Below are positions 28,619 to 38,483 of a stretch of 64,000 nucleotides of DNA, piece after piece. A model generated the notes under the pieces. It saw only the letters and a program-made list of their open reading frames with translations. It was not told the DNA's origin and did not search any database. The stretch is from an uncultured Candidatus Saccharibacteria bacterium (GTDB taxonomy: Bacteria > Patescibacteriota > Minisyncoccia > Phycocordibacterales > UBA12079): NCBI GenBank assembly GCA_964608745.1, contig CAZSPC010000001.1, positions 750 to 64,749 on the forward strand, in the 5' to 3' direction. The first letter of the stretch is position 1; the number at the start of each line of letters is the position of its first letter. The position numbers were made by a program, and so were the translations under genes.

Positions 28619-28680
28619 TTTTTTTGTTTTATTTTTGTGTATAATAGTTAGTGTTTATTAAATAGAAAATAATATTAGAT

Positions 28681-29271
28681 ATGGATAAAAAACAAACATT
28701 TATATTTATTGGTCGATCTGGGTGTGGAAAAGGAACTCAAATCGACTTACTATCAGAAAAATTAAAAGAAAAAACTCCTGATATTGGAATTAATTATATT
28801 AGTACCGGGCAGGATCTGAGAAAATTTTGGGAGGGGGACACTTATACTCATAAACTCTCAAAAGAAATCGTTGAGGCGGGCAGTTTGCAACCAGAATTTC
28901 TAGTCACATACCTTTGGGGGAAAGACTTGGTAGAAGATATGACCGGCAACGAACACCTTATTCTTGACGGAACACCTAGGCGTCTTAATGAGGCCGAAAT
29001 GTTGGATTCGGCAATTAAATTTTACCAAAGAGAAAATCCAACCGTAATTTATATGAATGTTTCTCGGGAGTGGTCGACAGATAGGTTGTTGGGCAGAGGT
29101 CGACACGATGATGACAAAGAGCAAATTAAAAAAAGATTAGATTGGTTTGACGCAGACGTAATGCCGGCAGTGGAATATCTCAAAAATAATTCAACATATA
29201 GTTTTCTGGATATAAATGGTGAGCAAACTATTGAGGAGGTGCATCAAGAAATAATGGAAAAAATAAAATAA
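28681..29271 (+). CDS. adk: adenylate kinase family (short-LID)
   Basis: P-loop GRSGCGKGTQ, LDGTPR, GRHDD; before map. Confidence 0.85.
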   Translation: MDKKQTFIFIGRSGCGKGTQIDLLSEKLKEKTPDIGINYISTGQDLRKFWEGDTYTHKLSKEIVEAGSLQPEFLVTYLWGKDLVEDMTGNEHLILDGTPRRLNEAEMLDSAIKFYQRENPTVIYMNVSREWSTDRLLGRGRHDDDKEQIKKRLDWFDADVMPAVEYLKNNSTYSFLDINGEQTIEEVHQEIMEKIK

Positions 29272-29367
29272 TCCAAAAATCGGCTGAAACTATTTATGAA
29301 AACTCCTTTTAAAAGGAGTTTTTTAAATCTTTTGACTTTATAAACTTTTAACACTATACTGACATCT

Positions 29368-30141
29368 ATGAACTATACAGAAGAAGAAATTAATATTTTA
29401 CGAGAGGGTGGTCGGCGATTAGCGACTATTTTGAATAAAGTAGCTGAAAAAACCATTGTTGGAGCAAAAATTTCTGATCTAAATGATTATGCCGAAAAAT
29501 TAATTTATGAGGGTGATGATAAACCTGCTTTTTTAAATTACCAACCGGATGGAGCAAAATCTCCTTATCCAGCTTCTTTGTGTGTGTCTGTAAATGATGA
29601 AATTGTCCACGGTGTTTCAAAAAATAATAATAGAATTTTAAAAGAAGGGGATATTGTTGGGATTGATCTCGGTCTTACCCATAAGGGTTTGGTCACAGAT
29701 ACAGCAATCACTATTGGTGTAGGAAATATAGATGGGGTCTCAAAAAAACTTTTGGAAAATACAAAACAGGCTTTATATGAGGGTATAAAAGTAGTGAGGC
29801 CGGGGAATACAACGGGTGATATTGGTTTTGCAATTGAAAGTTTTGCTAAAAGTACTGGTTTTGGAATAGTGGATGAATTAGGTGGACATGGGGTTGGTAG
29901 AAGTGTTCATGAAGAACCTTTTATTCCTAATGTTGGTAAAAAAGGTGAAGGACAGGTATTAAAAGAGGGAATGGTTATTGCTTTGGAGCCGATGTTGACG
30001 GAGGGTAGTAGTCAAATAATTTTAGCAGAAGATGGATTTACTTATAAAACAGCTGATGGTGGGTTGAGTGCTCAATTTGAGCATACAGTTTTGATAGTAA
30101 ATGATGGGGTGGAAATTTTAACTAAAAAAACCGGCGAATAA
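29368..30141 (+). CDS. map: type I methionyl aminopeptidase
   Basis: SVNDEIVHG, GHGVGRSVHEEP, ALEPM, SAQFEHT. Confidence 0.97.
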   Translation: MNYTEEEINILREGGRRLATILNKVAEKTIVGAKISDLNDYAEKLIYEGDDKPAFLNYQPDGAKSPYPASLCVSVNDEIVHGVSKNNNRILKEGDIVGIDLGLTHKGLVTDTAITIGVGNIDGVSKKLLENTKQALYEGIKVVRPGNTTGDIGFAIESFAKSTGFGIVDELGGHGVGRSVHEEPFIPNVGKKGEGQVLKEGMVIALEPMLTEGSSQIILAEDGFTYKTADGGLSAQFEHTVLIVNDGVEILTKKTGE

Positions 30142-30155
30142 ATCGCCGGTAGTTA

Positions 30156-30365
30156 TTATGTTTGTATGCTCATATATTCCACATTACCGTCAGGAAACAT
30201 GTGCATTCTTTTGCCGTGTATACAGGTAGTGCTGGTTCCATCAAGATTGTGAAGGGTCCAACACATCCATTTATTACAACGACGAAAAGTACCGTCACCA
30301 CATTCTACCTTTTCCGTTAATCTACCATTACACCCAGAAACTTTACATTTATTTGTATTGTCCAT
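30156..30365 (-). CDS. small Cys/His-rich hypothetical protein
   Basis: AAGGAG RBS; CKVSGC, C..CNKWMC..H. Confidence 0.55.
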   Translation of the reverse strand: MDNTNKCKVSGCNGRLTEKVECGDGTFRRCNKWMCWTLHNLDGTSTTCIHGKRMHMFPDGNVEYMSIQT

Positions 30366-30425
30366 TTTTCTCCTTTTGAGGTTAATTTAGATTTCTATAA
30401 ATAACATTAACATGTTTAATATATC

Positions 30426-31112
30426 ATGCAAGAAAAAATTTGGGAAAAAGAATATAGGAATTCAAAATTTGTAACTGGTAATTCAAAACCCCAGAAATTT
30501 TTTCTGCGATTTTTGAAATATTTAAAAAAGCAGAAAATTTTAACTGATTTAAACAATATAAAAGTGCTTGATTTAGGGTCGGGGATGGGTAAGAATGCTA
30601 ATTATTTGGCTCAAAAAGAGGCTCGGGTAGTTGGTATGGAAATTTCTGATATCGCAGTAGGTATTGCTCAAGAGCGAGCAAAAGAACTTGGTTCTGGTGT
30701 TCAGTATTTAAAACATAGTATTGGTGAAAAATATCCTTTTGGTGATAGTAGTTTTGATTTAATTATTGATATTACCTCGTCTAATTCGTTGAATGAAAAA
30801 GAAAGAAAGATATACTTGGAAGAGGTTGATAGGGTATTTAAAAAGAACGGAATATTTTTCGTCAGAGCATTGTGCAAAGACGGGGACAAAAACGCAAAAC
30901 ATCTTTTAAAAAATAATCCAGGGGTAGAGAAAGATACTTATATAATGCCAGAGACTGGTTTGCGAGAAAATGTTTTTTCCAAGAAAGATTTTGTAGAAAT
31001 GTATTCACAATATTTTGAAATTTTAGATATACAAAAAACCGAAAGTTATATGAGGGTGGATAATAGGTTATTCAAAAGAAAATTTTGGTTAGCGACAATG
31101 AAGAAAAATTAA
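30426..31112 (+). CDS. class I SAM-dependent methyltransferase
   Basis: VLDLGSGMGKN, PFGDSSFDLI. Confidence 0.9.
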   Translation: MQEKIWEKEYRNSKFVTGNSKPQKFFLRFLKYLKKQKILTDLNNIKVLDLGSGMGKNANYLAQKEARVVGMEISDIAVGIAQERAKELGSGVQYLKHSIGEKYPFGDSSFDLIIDITSSNSLNEKERKIYLEEVDRVFKKNGIFFVRALCKDGDKNAKHLLKNNPGVEKDTYIMPETGLRENVFSKKDFVEMYSQYFEILDIQKTESYMRVDNRLFKRKFWLATMKKN

Positions 31113-31251
31113 AAAACTTAGAAGCAAGGCTTCTAAGTTTTTTAATTTTTCTTCATTGTTTAGTAATAGGTATAAGTTTGGATTTGTTTTATTGTTGTGT
31201 TAATATTACCTTTAATTATTTTATTAAAAAATATTAAATAAATTAAAAAAT

Positions 31252-31821
31252 ATGCAAAAAGAAAGAAGTCTTATTTTATTAAAACCCGATGTTGTTGCTC
31301 GTGGTTTGGTTGGGGAGATTATTTCGCGATTTGAAAGAGTTGGTTTAAAAATTGTAGCAATGAAAATGGAGGATACAAGAGTTGATGTTGCGAAAATTCA
31401 TTATGAAAAAGACGATGAGTGGTTGATAAAGGTTGGAGAAGGATTGATAAAAAACAAGGACTTAGGACCAAACGAAGATCCTAAAAAGCATGGACAAGAG
31501 ATTTGCGATCAGTTGTCGGCGGATCTGACGATTTATCCTATTGTTGCTATTGTTCTCGAGGGGCATAATACCGTTAGTCTTGTAAGAAAAATGGTAGGAG
31601 AGACTTCCCCTGAAAATGCAACCCCAGGAACTATCAGAGGTGATTATTCTCAAGATACTTATGAGTTAGCTAATGTTTATAATCGACCTGTGATAAATCT
31701 AGTTCATGCTTCTGGGACTGTAGAAGAGGCTGAAAAAGAAATTAAATTATGGTTTAAAGAGGATGAGTTAACTTGTTGGACAAAACCTGATGAAATTGTT
31801 AAGTTCAGAAAAGGAGAATAA
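31252..31821 (+). CDS. ndk: nucleoside-diphosphate kinase
   Basis: LKPD, PGTIRGDY, NLVHAS. Confidence 0.95.
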   Translation: MQKERSLILLKPDVVARGLVGEIISRFERVGLKIVAMKMEDTRVDVAKIHYEKDDEWLIKVGEGLIKNKDLGPNEDPKKHGQEICDQLSADLTIYPIVAIVLEGHNTVSLVRKMVGETSPENATPGTIRGDYSQDTYELANVYNRPVINLVHASGTVEEAEKEIKLWFKEDELTCWTKPDEIVKFRKGE

Positions 31822-31888
31822 GATTTTTTTAAAATCTGCAAGCATTGTTTGTTTGCAGATTTTTTATTTTGATAATATAATACTAATA

Positions 31889-32017
31889 AGGCTCTCTGGA
31901 AATTATATTTCTAGCTAACGCATTTTAAGGGAATTTCTGTAAGGTTGCATCTTGGTGTAGTCTTCAAAATTTTACCCAACCTAGATTTTTTCTAGGAATA
32001 AATGTCCCAGATAGCCT
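31889..32017 (+). ncRNA. candidate 6S-like RNA
   Basis: rod: aggctctctgg/ccagatagcct closing stem, central bubble, apical stem; own TATAAT promoter and terminator 32025-32058. Confidence 0.5.
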
Positions 32018-32065
32018 AATACAGAAAACCATCCGTCCTAGATTGGCGGATGGTTTTTGTATTTT

Positions 32066-32207
32066 AATTATTCCAAAATCGGCGAACTTTGGTTTTGTTT
32101 TTTAAAATTTTCTAAGGTTACCCGGTAACCTAGCCTATCGGCCTGGTTACCGGGTAACCGAAAATTTTAAAAAACAAAACCGAATTTCATCCAATTTTGG
32201 AATAATT
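32066..32207 (+). repeat. long-hairpin element (family B) with nested ggttacccggtaacc palindromes
   Basis: aattattccaaaatcggcga...tcatccaattttggaataatt. Confidence 0.8.
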
Positions 32208-32254
32208 GATTTTTGGGTTTAATTTTTTAGAACAAAAAAGCTATAATATTATAG

Positions 32255-32692
32255 ATGGAAAAATCTAAAAAACAATTATTTATTTTTAATATCCTATTGA
32301 TAATTATAATTGCTATTTTAAATAAAGTAGCTCTTAATTTTTTCTTATATTGGAAGTGGTGGTGGTTTGATATTATGATGCACTTTTTGGGTGGCCTTTG
32401 GGTTGGTGGTGCAACTCTTTGGGTTTATTATTTTTCTGGTTATTTTAGAGCAAATCAAAATAAAAAAATCTTACTTTGGTTGTCAATAATTTCTGTTGTT
32501 GTTATAGGTGTAGGCTGGGAGGTGTTTGAGTTTGTGACCGCAATCGAAATTTTCTCTGATGGCTATGTTGGAGATACTATTCTTGACTTAATTATGGATA
32601 CGACAGGTGCGGTTGTTGCGTATTTTATGTTGATAAAGTGTATTGAGGTAAGGGATAAAGATCAAAAAATAGATGAAAATTATAAAAAATAA
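32255..32692 (+). CDS. membrane protein (HxxGG..WE..D motif family)
   Basis: WFDIMMHFLGG, VGWEVFEF, DTILDLIMD. Confidence 0.75.
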   Translation: MEKSKKQLFIFNILLIIIIAILNKVALNFFLYWKWWWFDIMMHFLGGLWVGGATLWVYYFSGYFRANQNKKILLWLSIISVVVIGVGWEVFEFVTAIEIFSDGYVGDTILDLIMDTTGAVVAYFMLIKCIEVRDKDQKIDENYKK

Positions 32693-32890
32693 ATAACTCA
32701 ACGGGTTGAGTTATTTAAAAAGGCTTGGTTGAGCCATTTTTTATATCTTTATTAGGTGGCTTAGTTAGGCTAAAATAAACGGCTCACGAGTGAGTCGTTT
32801 AAAACGCTCAGCAAAGCCATTGTGGGCCATCCGATGGCCCACTTTTTAGTAAAAAATTCAATGGCTCACACGTGAGCCATTGAATTTTTC
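32691..32890. repeat. cluster of short palindromes
   Basis: aaataactcaac/gttgagttattt, ggctcacgagtgagtc, gtgggccatccgatggcccac, ttcaatggctca/tgagccattgaa. Confidence 0.75.
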
Positions 32891-32914
32891 TATTTTTCTT
32901 ATTTACTTTTTTTA

Positions 32915-33262
32915 CTACTTAACTATCTTTTGGGTAATTCTTTTGAATATTTCCGGATTGTTTTCTGCAAGATCTGCTAACATTTTTCTATTTAATTCAA
33001 TTTTATTTTTCTTCAAATCCCCAATGAATTTACTATATGTTAGTCCCAGAGCTCTTAAACCAGCGTTAATTTTGATTTGCCACAGTCTTCTAAAATCACC
33101 CTTTTTCTTTTTTCTGTGATTATAGGCATGTACTCCGGCATGTAGGATTGCTTCGTGAGCCTGTTTCTTTTTTGTTGACCGAGCATTACGATAACCCTTG
33201 GTTAGGCCAAGTGTTTTTCTTCTCCTCTTTAATTTAGTTGTTCCTCTTTTTATTCTTGTCAT
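32915..33262 (-). CDS. rplT: 50S ribosomal protein L20
   Basis: MTRIKRG, DFRRLWQIKINA, LNRKMLADLA. Confidence 0.97.
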   Translation of the reverse strand: MTRIKRGTTKLKRRRKTLGLTKGYRNARSTKKKQAHEAILHAGVHAYNHRKKKKGDFRRLWQIKINAGLRALGLTYSKFIGDLKKNKIELNRKMLADLAENNPEIFKRITQKIVK

Positions 33263-33267
33263 TTTGA

Positions 33268-33384
33268 TAGGGTTATAGGGCTTAGCGTTTAGGGTTATAG
33301 GTAAAAAACCTTTGATTTTTTGATGAATTTTGCCTTTGGCAAAATTTGTCTCCCTACACCCCTAAACGCTAATCGCTAAACGCT
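33268..33384 (-). repeat. heptamer inverted-repeat element before rplT
   Basis: same arms and core, oriented with the minus-strand transcript. Confidence 0.93.
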
Positions 33385-33391
33385 TTAAATA

Positions 33392-33565
33392 TTAAAACCT
33401 AGCTCTATCTTTCGTGGAAAGTTTAATTTTAATAGCTCTTTTCTTTTTCATACTCTTCTTCCCACTTTCTTTGGCATTAAAATGACCCTGACCAATCTTT
33501 CGTGTGATTAGCTTGCCTTTCTTTGTTTTCTTTATTCTTTTGGCTAGTGATTTGTTTGTTTTCAT
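33392..33565 (-). CDS. rpmI: 50S ribosomal protein L35
   Basis: MKTNKSLAKRIKKTKKGK; between infC and rplT; start moved to 33565. Confidence 0.9.
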   Translation of the reverse strand: MKTNKSLAKRIKKTKKGKLITRKIGQGHFNAKESGKKSMKKKRAIKIKLSTKDRARF

Positions 33566-33696
33566 ATTTTTCTTAATGAGCCTTGCGAGTTTAGAAACAA
33601 TATGAACCCAGCTCAAGTTTTGGTTTTGAGAAATTTTTATAAAATAAAAATTTCTCAAAACCAAAACTTGGGGCTGGGTCTGTTCCTAATCCACAG
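33561..33696 (-). promoter_or_regulatory. structured 5'-UTR motif (family E variant) before rpmI
   Basis: gtggattagg..cccagc[long stem]gctggg..ttcatattgtttct..gctca..agaaaaatATG. Confidence 0.6.
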
Positions 33697-33753
33697 TATC
33701 TTACCTTAAAACTTAAAAATATTCAAGGTTTTATTAAGAAAACTTGAATGTTT

Positions 33754-33876
33754 AAATTGTTTCAATTTTGAGGGAAGTTCGAGGCGCAAGCAAAAAATTT
33801 TATGAGCCTTATAAACATAAGGTGAATGAAATTTTTTGTGAAGTAACGAAGAAATTCACCAAAATTGGAATAATTT
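33754..33876 (-). repeat. long-hairpin element (family B) after infC
   Basis: minus strand aaattattccaattttggtga..ttcaccttat..ataaggctca..caaaattgaaacaattt. Confidence 0.75.
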
Positions 33877-33880
33877 TGGA

Positions 33881-34408
33881 TTATTTTCTTTCTAGGAACA
33901 TGGTAAGCCCTTTCGGACTCTTCTTCGGCCCATCTGCTACTTTATAATCTTCTGTAACCAAATTTAAAACTCTCTGCAATCTTCCTTCCAAAAACTTTTT
34001 ATCAGCATATTTCATTCTTCCGATCAGGAAAAGATCAAGTTTAATCCTGTTTCCTTCTTTGAGCCATTTAGAAATATTTTTAGCTTTCAGGGCAAGGTCG
34101 TGTTCACCGGTTCCCACTTTCACTTGAACCACTTTTGTCTCGGTTGTGTGAGCTTTGGCTTTAGCTTCTTTTTTCTTTTTCTTTTCGTCGTATTGATATT
34201 TTCCATAATCCATTATTTTAACAATCGGTGGTTTTGCATTAGGAGAAATTTCGATCAAATCAAGTTCTGATTCTTGAGCCTTTTGTAAAGCCTCTCTACT
34301 ATCCATAACACCTAGGTTCTCACCATCAGCCGTAAGAACCCTCACTTCACGAGCGCGAATTGATTCGTTTATTCTTGTCCTGGGACCGTAATTTTTATAT
34401 CTTTTCAT
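33881..34408 (-). CDS. infC: translation initiation factor IF-3
   Basis: RINESIRAREVR, PPIVKIMDYGKY. Confidence 0.97.
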   Translation of the reverse strand: MKRYKNYGPRTRINESIRAREVRVLTADGENLGVMDSREALQKAQESELDLIEISPNAKPPIVKIMDYGKYQYDEKKKKKEAKAKAHTTETKVVQVKVGTGEHDLALKAKNISKWLKEGNRIKLDLFLIGRMKYADKKFLEGRLQRVLNLVTEDYKVADGPKKSPKGLTMFLERK

Positions 34409-34466
34409 AATTGGCTAATTTATACCATTTATTTAAGTCAAAAACAACTTATGTTACAATACTTTT

Positions 34467-35054
34467 ATGAAAGATCGGACAGAAAAATTAAAAAAAATAA
34501 AAGACGAACTTTTAGATTTTAAGGAATCGCCTTTATATCAATACAGGATAGATAATAAATGCTTTCCGGTAATTGGAGAGGGGGATCATAATGCTGAAAT
34601 TATGTTTATCGGTGAAGCACCAGGTAAAAACGAAGCAATGACAGGTAGACCTTTTTGTGGGGCATCGGGAAAAATGTTAGATACATTACTGGAATCTGTT
34701 GGGATAGATAGAAAAGATGTATATGTAACCAATATTGTAAAAGATCGTCCTCAAGACAATCGCGATCCGTCAACAGAAGAAATAAAATTATACGGACCTT
34801 TCTTAGATAGGCAAATAGAAATAATTCAACCGAAAATAATAGCAACTCTTGGGAGGTTTTCAATGGAATACATAATGAAACATTTTGGACTGGAAAGTCA
34901 GCTTGAGCCAATAAGTCAAGCTCATGGAAAATCCTATGAAGCGAGTTTTTCTTATGGTAAAGTAAAGATTATTCCTTTATATCATCCGGCTGTTGCTTTG
35001 TATAATGGTGGAATGCGGGAAACTTTATTAGAAGACTTTAAAATATTAAGATAA
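34467..35054 (+). CDS. uracil-DNA glycosylase, family 4 type
   Basis: IGEAPGKNE, GRPFCG, LYHPA. Confidence 0.92.
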   Translation: MKDRTEKLKKIKDELLDFKESPLYQYRIDNKCFPVIGEGDHNAEIMFIGEAPGKNEAMTGRPFCGASGKMLDTLLESVGIDRKDVYVTNIVKDRPQDNRDPSTEEIKLYGPFLDRQIEIIQPKIIATLGRFSMEYIMKHFGLESQLEPISQAHGKSYEASFSYGKVKIIPLYHPAVALYNGGMRETLLEDFKILR

Positions 35055-35057
35055 ACA

Positions 35058-35178
35058 TACTAATCTACAAATAATACTAATATAACAAATAGCATAACAA
35101 ATTTTTGTATAAAAATATTTTCTAATTTTTTCATATTTGCAGGCTATTCGTAGCATTAGTATAATTCGTATATTGGTG
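35058..35178 (+). repeat. ~9-bp-unit inverted-repeat element (TACTAAT/ATTAGTA)
   Basis: atactaatctacaaataatactaat...attcgtagcattagtataattcgtatattggt. Confidence 0.7.
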
Positions 35179-35193
35179 TATTAAATTTAAATT

Positions 35194-36684
35194 ATGAATT
35201 TACAAAAAACATTACAAAACACAACCCTACGAGTTGTCTTGGTCGGCTTGCTGGCATTACTCTTACTTATTCCTGTTGGAATGATTCAATCTATTATTTT
35301 TGATAGAGAAATGAATCGGGAGTCCGCAATTCAAGATATCACCTCAAAATGGGGAAATGAACAAATCATTGCTGGGCCGGTTTTGACTGTTCCTTATGAT
35401 TCGTATAAGACGGTAGATGGTAAACAATTAAAAGAAACTGCTTTTGCACATTTTTTACCCGAGGATTTGAATATTAAATCAACAATCGTTCCTGAACTAA
35501 GATCGCGTGATATTTATGATGCGGTTGTTTATTCATCAGATATTTCATTTTCAGGAGGTTTCAAAAAACCAGATTTTAGAGCATTGGGAATTAACCCCCA
35601 GTTTGTTCATTGGAATGAAGCTTTCGTAGCGGTTGGTATTCCTGATATTCGTGGTGTAGAAGAGAGAGTAGAAATGAATTTTGGTGATCAAAAACTAGCG
35701 TTTGTTTCCGGAGTTAAAACCGATGATGTTATTCGAGATATGGGAACTTATCATTATGATGATAGACCTTGGGATGTTTATGGGCGAGATGTTTATGGGC
35801 GAAATGAAATGGCTGTGTCAAAAGCAATGCGGATTGACGATGATCAAGGAGGTGTTTCTTCTGGTTTGAGTGCTGTTGTGCCAGCTAATCTTTTGTACTC
35901 AGATAATGATTTTGAGTTCACTCTTAAATTAAGAGGGGGTGAAAGATTATCTTTTGTTCCAATTGGAAAAACAACTAATGTAGAAATGGGTTCAGACTGG
36001 ACAGCACCGAGTTTTGATGGAGCGTATCTACCGGACAACAGAGAAGTGGGAGACGAAGGGTTTACATCCCAATGGAAAGTCTTGGATTTAAACAGAAATT
36101 ATCCTCAATCTTGGACAGGGAGCATTTACAATATTTATGATTCAGCATTTGGTGTCAGTCTTTTGGAGCCGGTTGATGGTTATCAAAAATCAGAAAGATC
36201 AGCCAAGTATGCTATTTTGATTATTGCTTTGACTTTCTTGGTATTCTTATCATTTGAAATTTTCAATCAAAGAAGGATTCATCCAATTCAATATATTTTG
36301 GTGGGGTTGGCGCTAGTACTGTTTTATGCTTTGCTAGTTTCAATTTCAGAGTTGATTGGATTTAATCAGGCCTATGGGATAGCCGGTATTGCAACAATTG
36401 GTTTGATTCTTTTGTATTCTCAAACCATTTTGAAAGAAAAGGGGTTCGTTGCTATTGAGGGAGGTATTTTGTTGTTCTTGTATGCATTCATTTACATCTT
36501 ACTTCAATTGGAAGATTATGCATTGTTCATTGGTAGTGTTGGATTGTTTGTAATTTTGGCAACAATAATGTACTTATCTCGCAAAGTTGATTGGTATTCT
36601 CTTGATTATAGAAAAAATGAATCTGTTGAATTGGATGAATTGTATGAATCAACGGAGGTAGTTGATGGAGATTTTTGGAAATAA
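35194..36684 (+). CDS. creD: cell envelope integrity protein CreD
   Basis: KWGNEQIIAGPVLTVPY, PSFDGAYLP, ERSAKY, IHPIQYILVGLAL, LLQLEDYAL. Confidence 0.93.
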   Translation: MNLQKTLQNTTLRVVLVGLLALLLLIPVGMIQSIIFDREMNRESAIQDITSKWGNEQIIAGPVLTVPYDSYKTVDGKQLKETAFAHFLPEDLNIKSTIVPELRSRDIYDAVVYSSDISFSGGFKKPDFRALGINPQFVHWNEAFVAVGIPDIRGVEERVEMNFGDQKLAFVSGVKTDDVIRDMGTYHYDDRPWDVYGRDVYGRNEMAVSKAMRIDDDQGGVSSGLSAVVPANLLYSDNDFEFTLKLRGGERLSFVPIGKTTNVEMGSDWTAPSFDGAYLPDNREVGDEGFTSQWKVLDLNRNYPQSWTGSIYNIYDSAFGVSLLEPVDGYQKSERSAKYAILIIALTFLVFLSFEIFNQRRIHPIQYILVGLALVLFYALLVSISELIGFNQAYGIAGIATIGLILLYSQTILKEKGFVAIEGGILLFLYAFIYILLQLEDYALFIGSVGLFVILATIMYLSRKVDWYSLDYRKNESVELDELYESTEVVDGDFWK

Positions 36685-36692
36685 AATTTAAA

Positions 36693-36792
36693 AGATTTAG
36701 GATTTAGGATTTAAGATGTAAGATTTAAGAATTCAAAAATTAAAGGAATTCGCTTTGCGAATTCCTTTTCTTAAATCTTAAATCATAAATCT
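36693..36792 (+). repeat. heptamer inverted-repeat element (GATTTAG arms)
   Basis: agatttaggatttaggatttaag.. aaggaattcgctttgcgaattcctt ..cttaaatcttaaatcataaatct. Confidence 0.85.
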
Positions 36793-36803
36793 TTGTTAAG
36801 ATT

Positions 36804-37712
36804 ATGCAAATTAAAAATCATCTTAGACTTAGTGTTCTTATTCTAATCATATTTGCGGTTATTATTGTTTGGTATGCAATTTTTCGTGAAAATCGGGATT
36901 ATTTAACAGTTGCTTTTTTGGATGTGGGGCAGGGGGATGCGATTTTTATTGAATCCCCTGATGGTAAACAAGTTTTAATTGATGGAGGAAAAAATAACCA
37001 AGTGTTAAGACAGCTTTCAAAACAAATGCCTTTTTATGATCGCTCAATTGATATGGTTGTAATGACTCATCCGGATGCTGATCATGTTGGAGGGCTACCA
37101 GCTATTTTAGAAAATTTTCAGGTTGATTTTGTTATGGAGTCGGGGGTAACATCTGATACAGGAGTTTATCGTGAATTCGAAAATCTAATTGAAGAAAAAG
37201 AAATTCAAAAAATAATTGCTCAACAAGGACAAAAAATTCCTCTTTGCAATCAGCAGAAAAAACAAACAGACCTTAAACCCTCGTCCCTCATTCCTTATTC
37301 CTGTTCTGTTTGGTTGGAAGTGTTGTTTCCGGTGGGGAATGCTGTTGAAATGGAATCTAATACAGCCTCGATTGTTCTGAAATTGGTTCATGGAGAAAAC
37401 TCTTTTTTACTAACGGGTGATTCACCAAAATCGATAGAAAAGTATTTAGTTGAAAGTCTTGGAGATTATCTTGATGTAGATGTTTTAAAATTAGGACACC
37501 ACGGGTCAAAAACATCTTCATCGGATTTGTTGTTGGGGTTTACTAGTCCAGATATAGCAATAGTTTCAGCTGGTCTTGATAATCGATATGGACATCCACA
37601 CAAAGAAGTTACAGGTTTATTAGAACAATTTGAGATAGATTTGTTGGGGACTTATGATTTGGGTAATATAATTTTTGAATCAGATGGACAGGGCTTAAAG
37701 GTTGAAAAATAA
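36804..37712 (+). CDS. ComEC/Rec2-like metallo-beta-lactamase-fold protein
   Basis: DVGQGDA, THPDADHVGG, GHHGSKTSS, NRYGHPH. Confidence 0.92.
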   Translation: MQIKNHLRLSVLILIIFAVIIVWYAIFRENRDYLTVAFLDVGQGDAIFIESPDGKQVLIDGGKNNQVLRQLSKQMPFYDRSIDMVVMTHPDADHVGGLPAILENFQVDFVMESGVTSDTGVYREFENLIEEKEIQKIIAQQGQKIPLCNQQKKQTDLKPSSLIPYSCSVWLEVLFPVGNAVEMESNTASIVLKLVHGENSFLLTGDSPKSIEKYLVESLGDYLDVDVLKLGHHGSKTSSSDLLLGFTSPDIAIVSAGLDNRYGHPHKEVTGLLEQFEIDLLGTYDLGNIIFESDGQGLKVEK

Positions 37713-37761
37713 ATAAAAAATACTCTTTTTTTCTTTTGGAAAAGGTGCTAATATTTTACAT

Positions 37762-38052
37762 ATGAGTAAATTAAGCACAATACTTCTATCTGTTGTTTTG
37801 GGGTCTTTGTCCGGTCCGGTTTTTTATTTTACGCGTATGCTTGGGCTTATACGCGGGTCTGATCCTGATTTTTTATGGTGGCTAATTCCTTTTATTGTCT
37901 CTGTAATTATAGTGATGGTTGTTTTTTTCTTGATTTTAGATTTGAAAAGACAAGATATGCTTGTAAAAGGTATTCTCTTTATTGTTTTGTATAATATAAT
38001 GAATTGGGTATCTTTTATGGTGTCTTGGTTAGTGAGTGGAGATGGAATGTAG
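37762..38052 (+). CDS. hypothetical membrane protein
   Basis: 3 TM segments. Confidence 0.6.
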   Translation: MSKLSTILLSVVLGSLSGPVFYFTRMLGLIRGSDPDFLWWLIPFIVSVIIVMVVFFLILDLKRQDMLVKGILFIVLYNIMNWVSFMVSWLVSGDGM

Positions 38053-38180
38053 TTAAATAAGTTTTTTTAATTTATAACTTGAAACTGAACTAAAAAAAGC
38101 CGGAATAATTAAATAAAAGTTTTCAAGCTAAAAGCCAAGCTGGTTCTACGAACTAAAAGCTTGGCTTTGCTCAAAAACTT

Positions 38181-38426
38181 TTATTTAATTATTCCGGCTT
38201 TTTTTAGTGTTTGGTATGCTCCGTTTTTGTTGATAGTTTTGATTGCTTTGGTTGAAAGAGTTAGATTAAATGTTTTGTCAACCTCAGGAACATATATTTT
38301 TTTCTTTTGAAGATTTGCTTTTCGTCTTTTCTTTCCAGTTGGGTTAAATTGGGTAGCACGAACACGGTTGCTGTATCCTCCGGCAACTTTCGTACTTTTT
38401 CCTGTGACTGGACATTGTTTAGACAT
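38181..38426 (-). CDS. rpmB: 50S ribosomal protein L28
   Basis: MSKQCPVTGK, KRRKANLQKK. Confidence 0.9.
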   Translation of the reverse strand: MSKQCPVTGKSTKVAGGYSNRVRATQFNPTGKKRRKANLQKKKIYVPEVDKTFNLTLSTKAIKTINKNGAYQTLKKAGIIK

Positions 38427-38483
38427 AGTTCTATTTAAGTAGCTGGTATGTTATCATAAGATTGTTTACTTCGCAACAATCTG

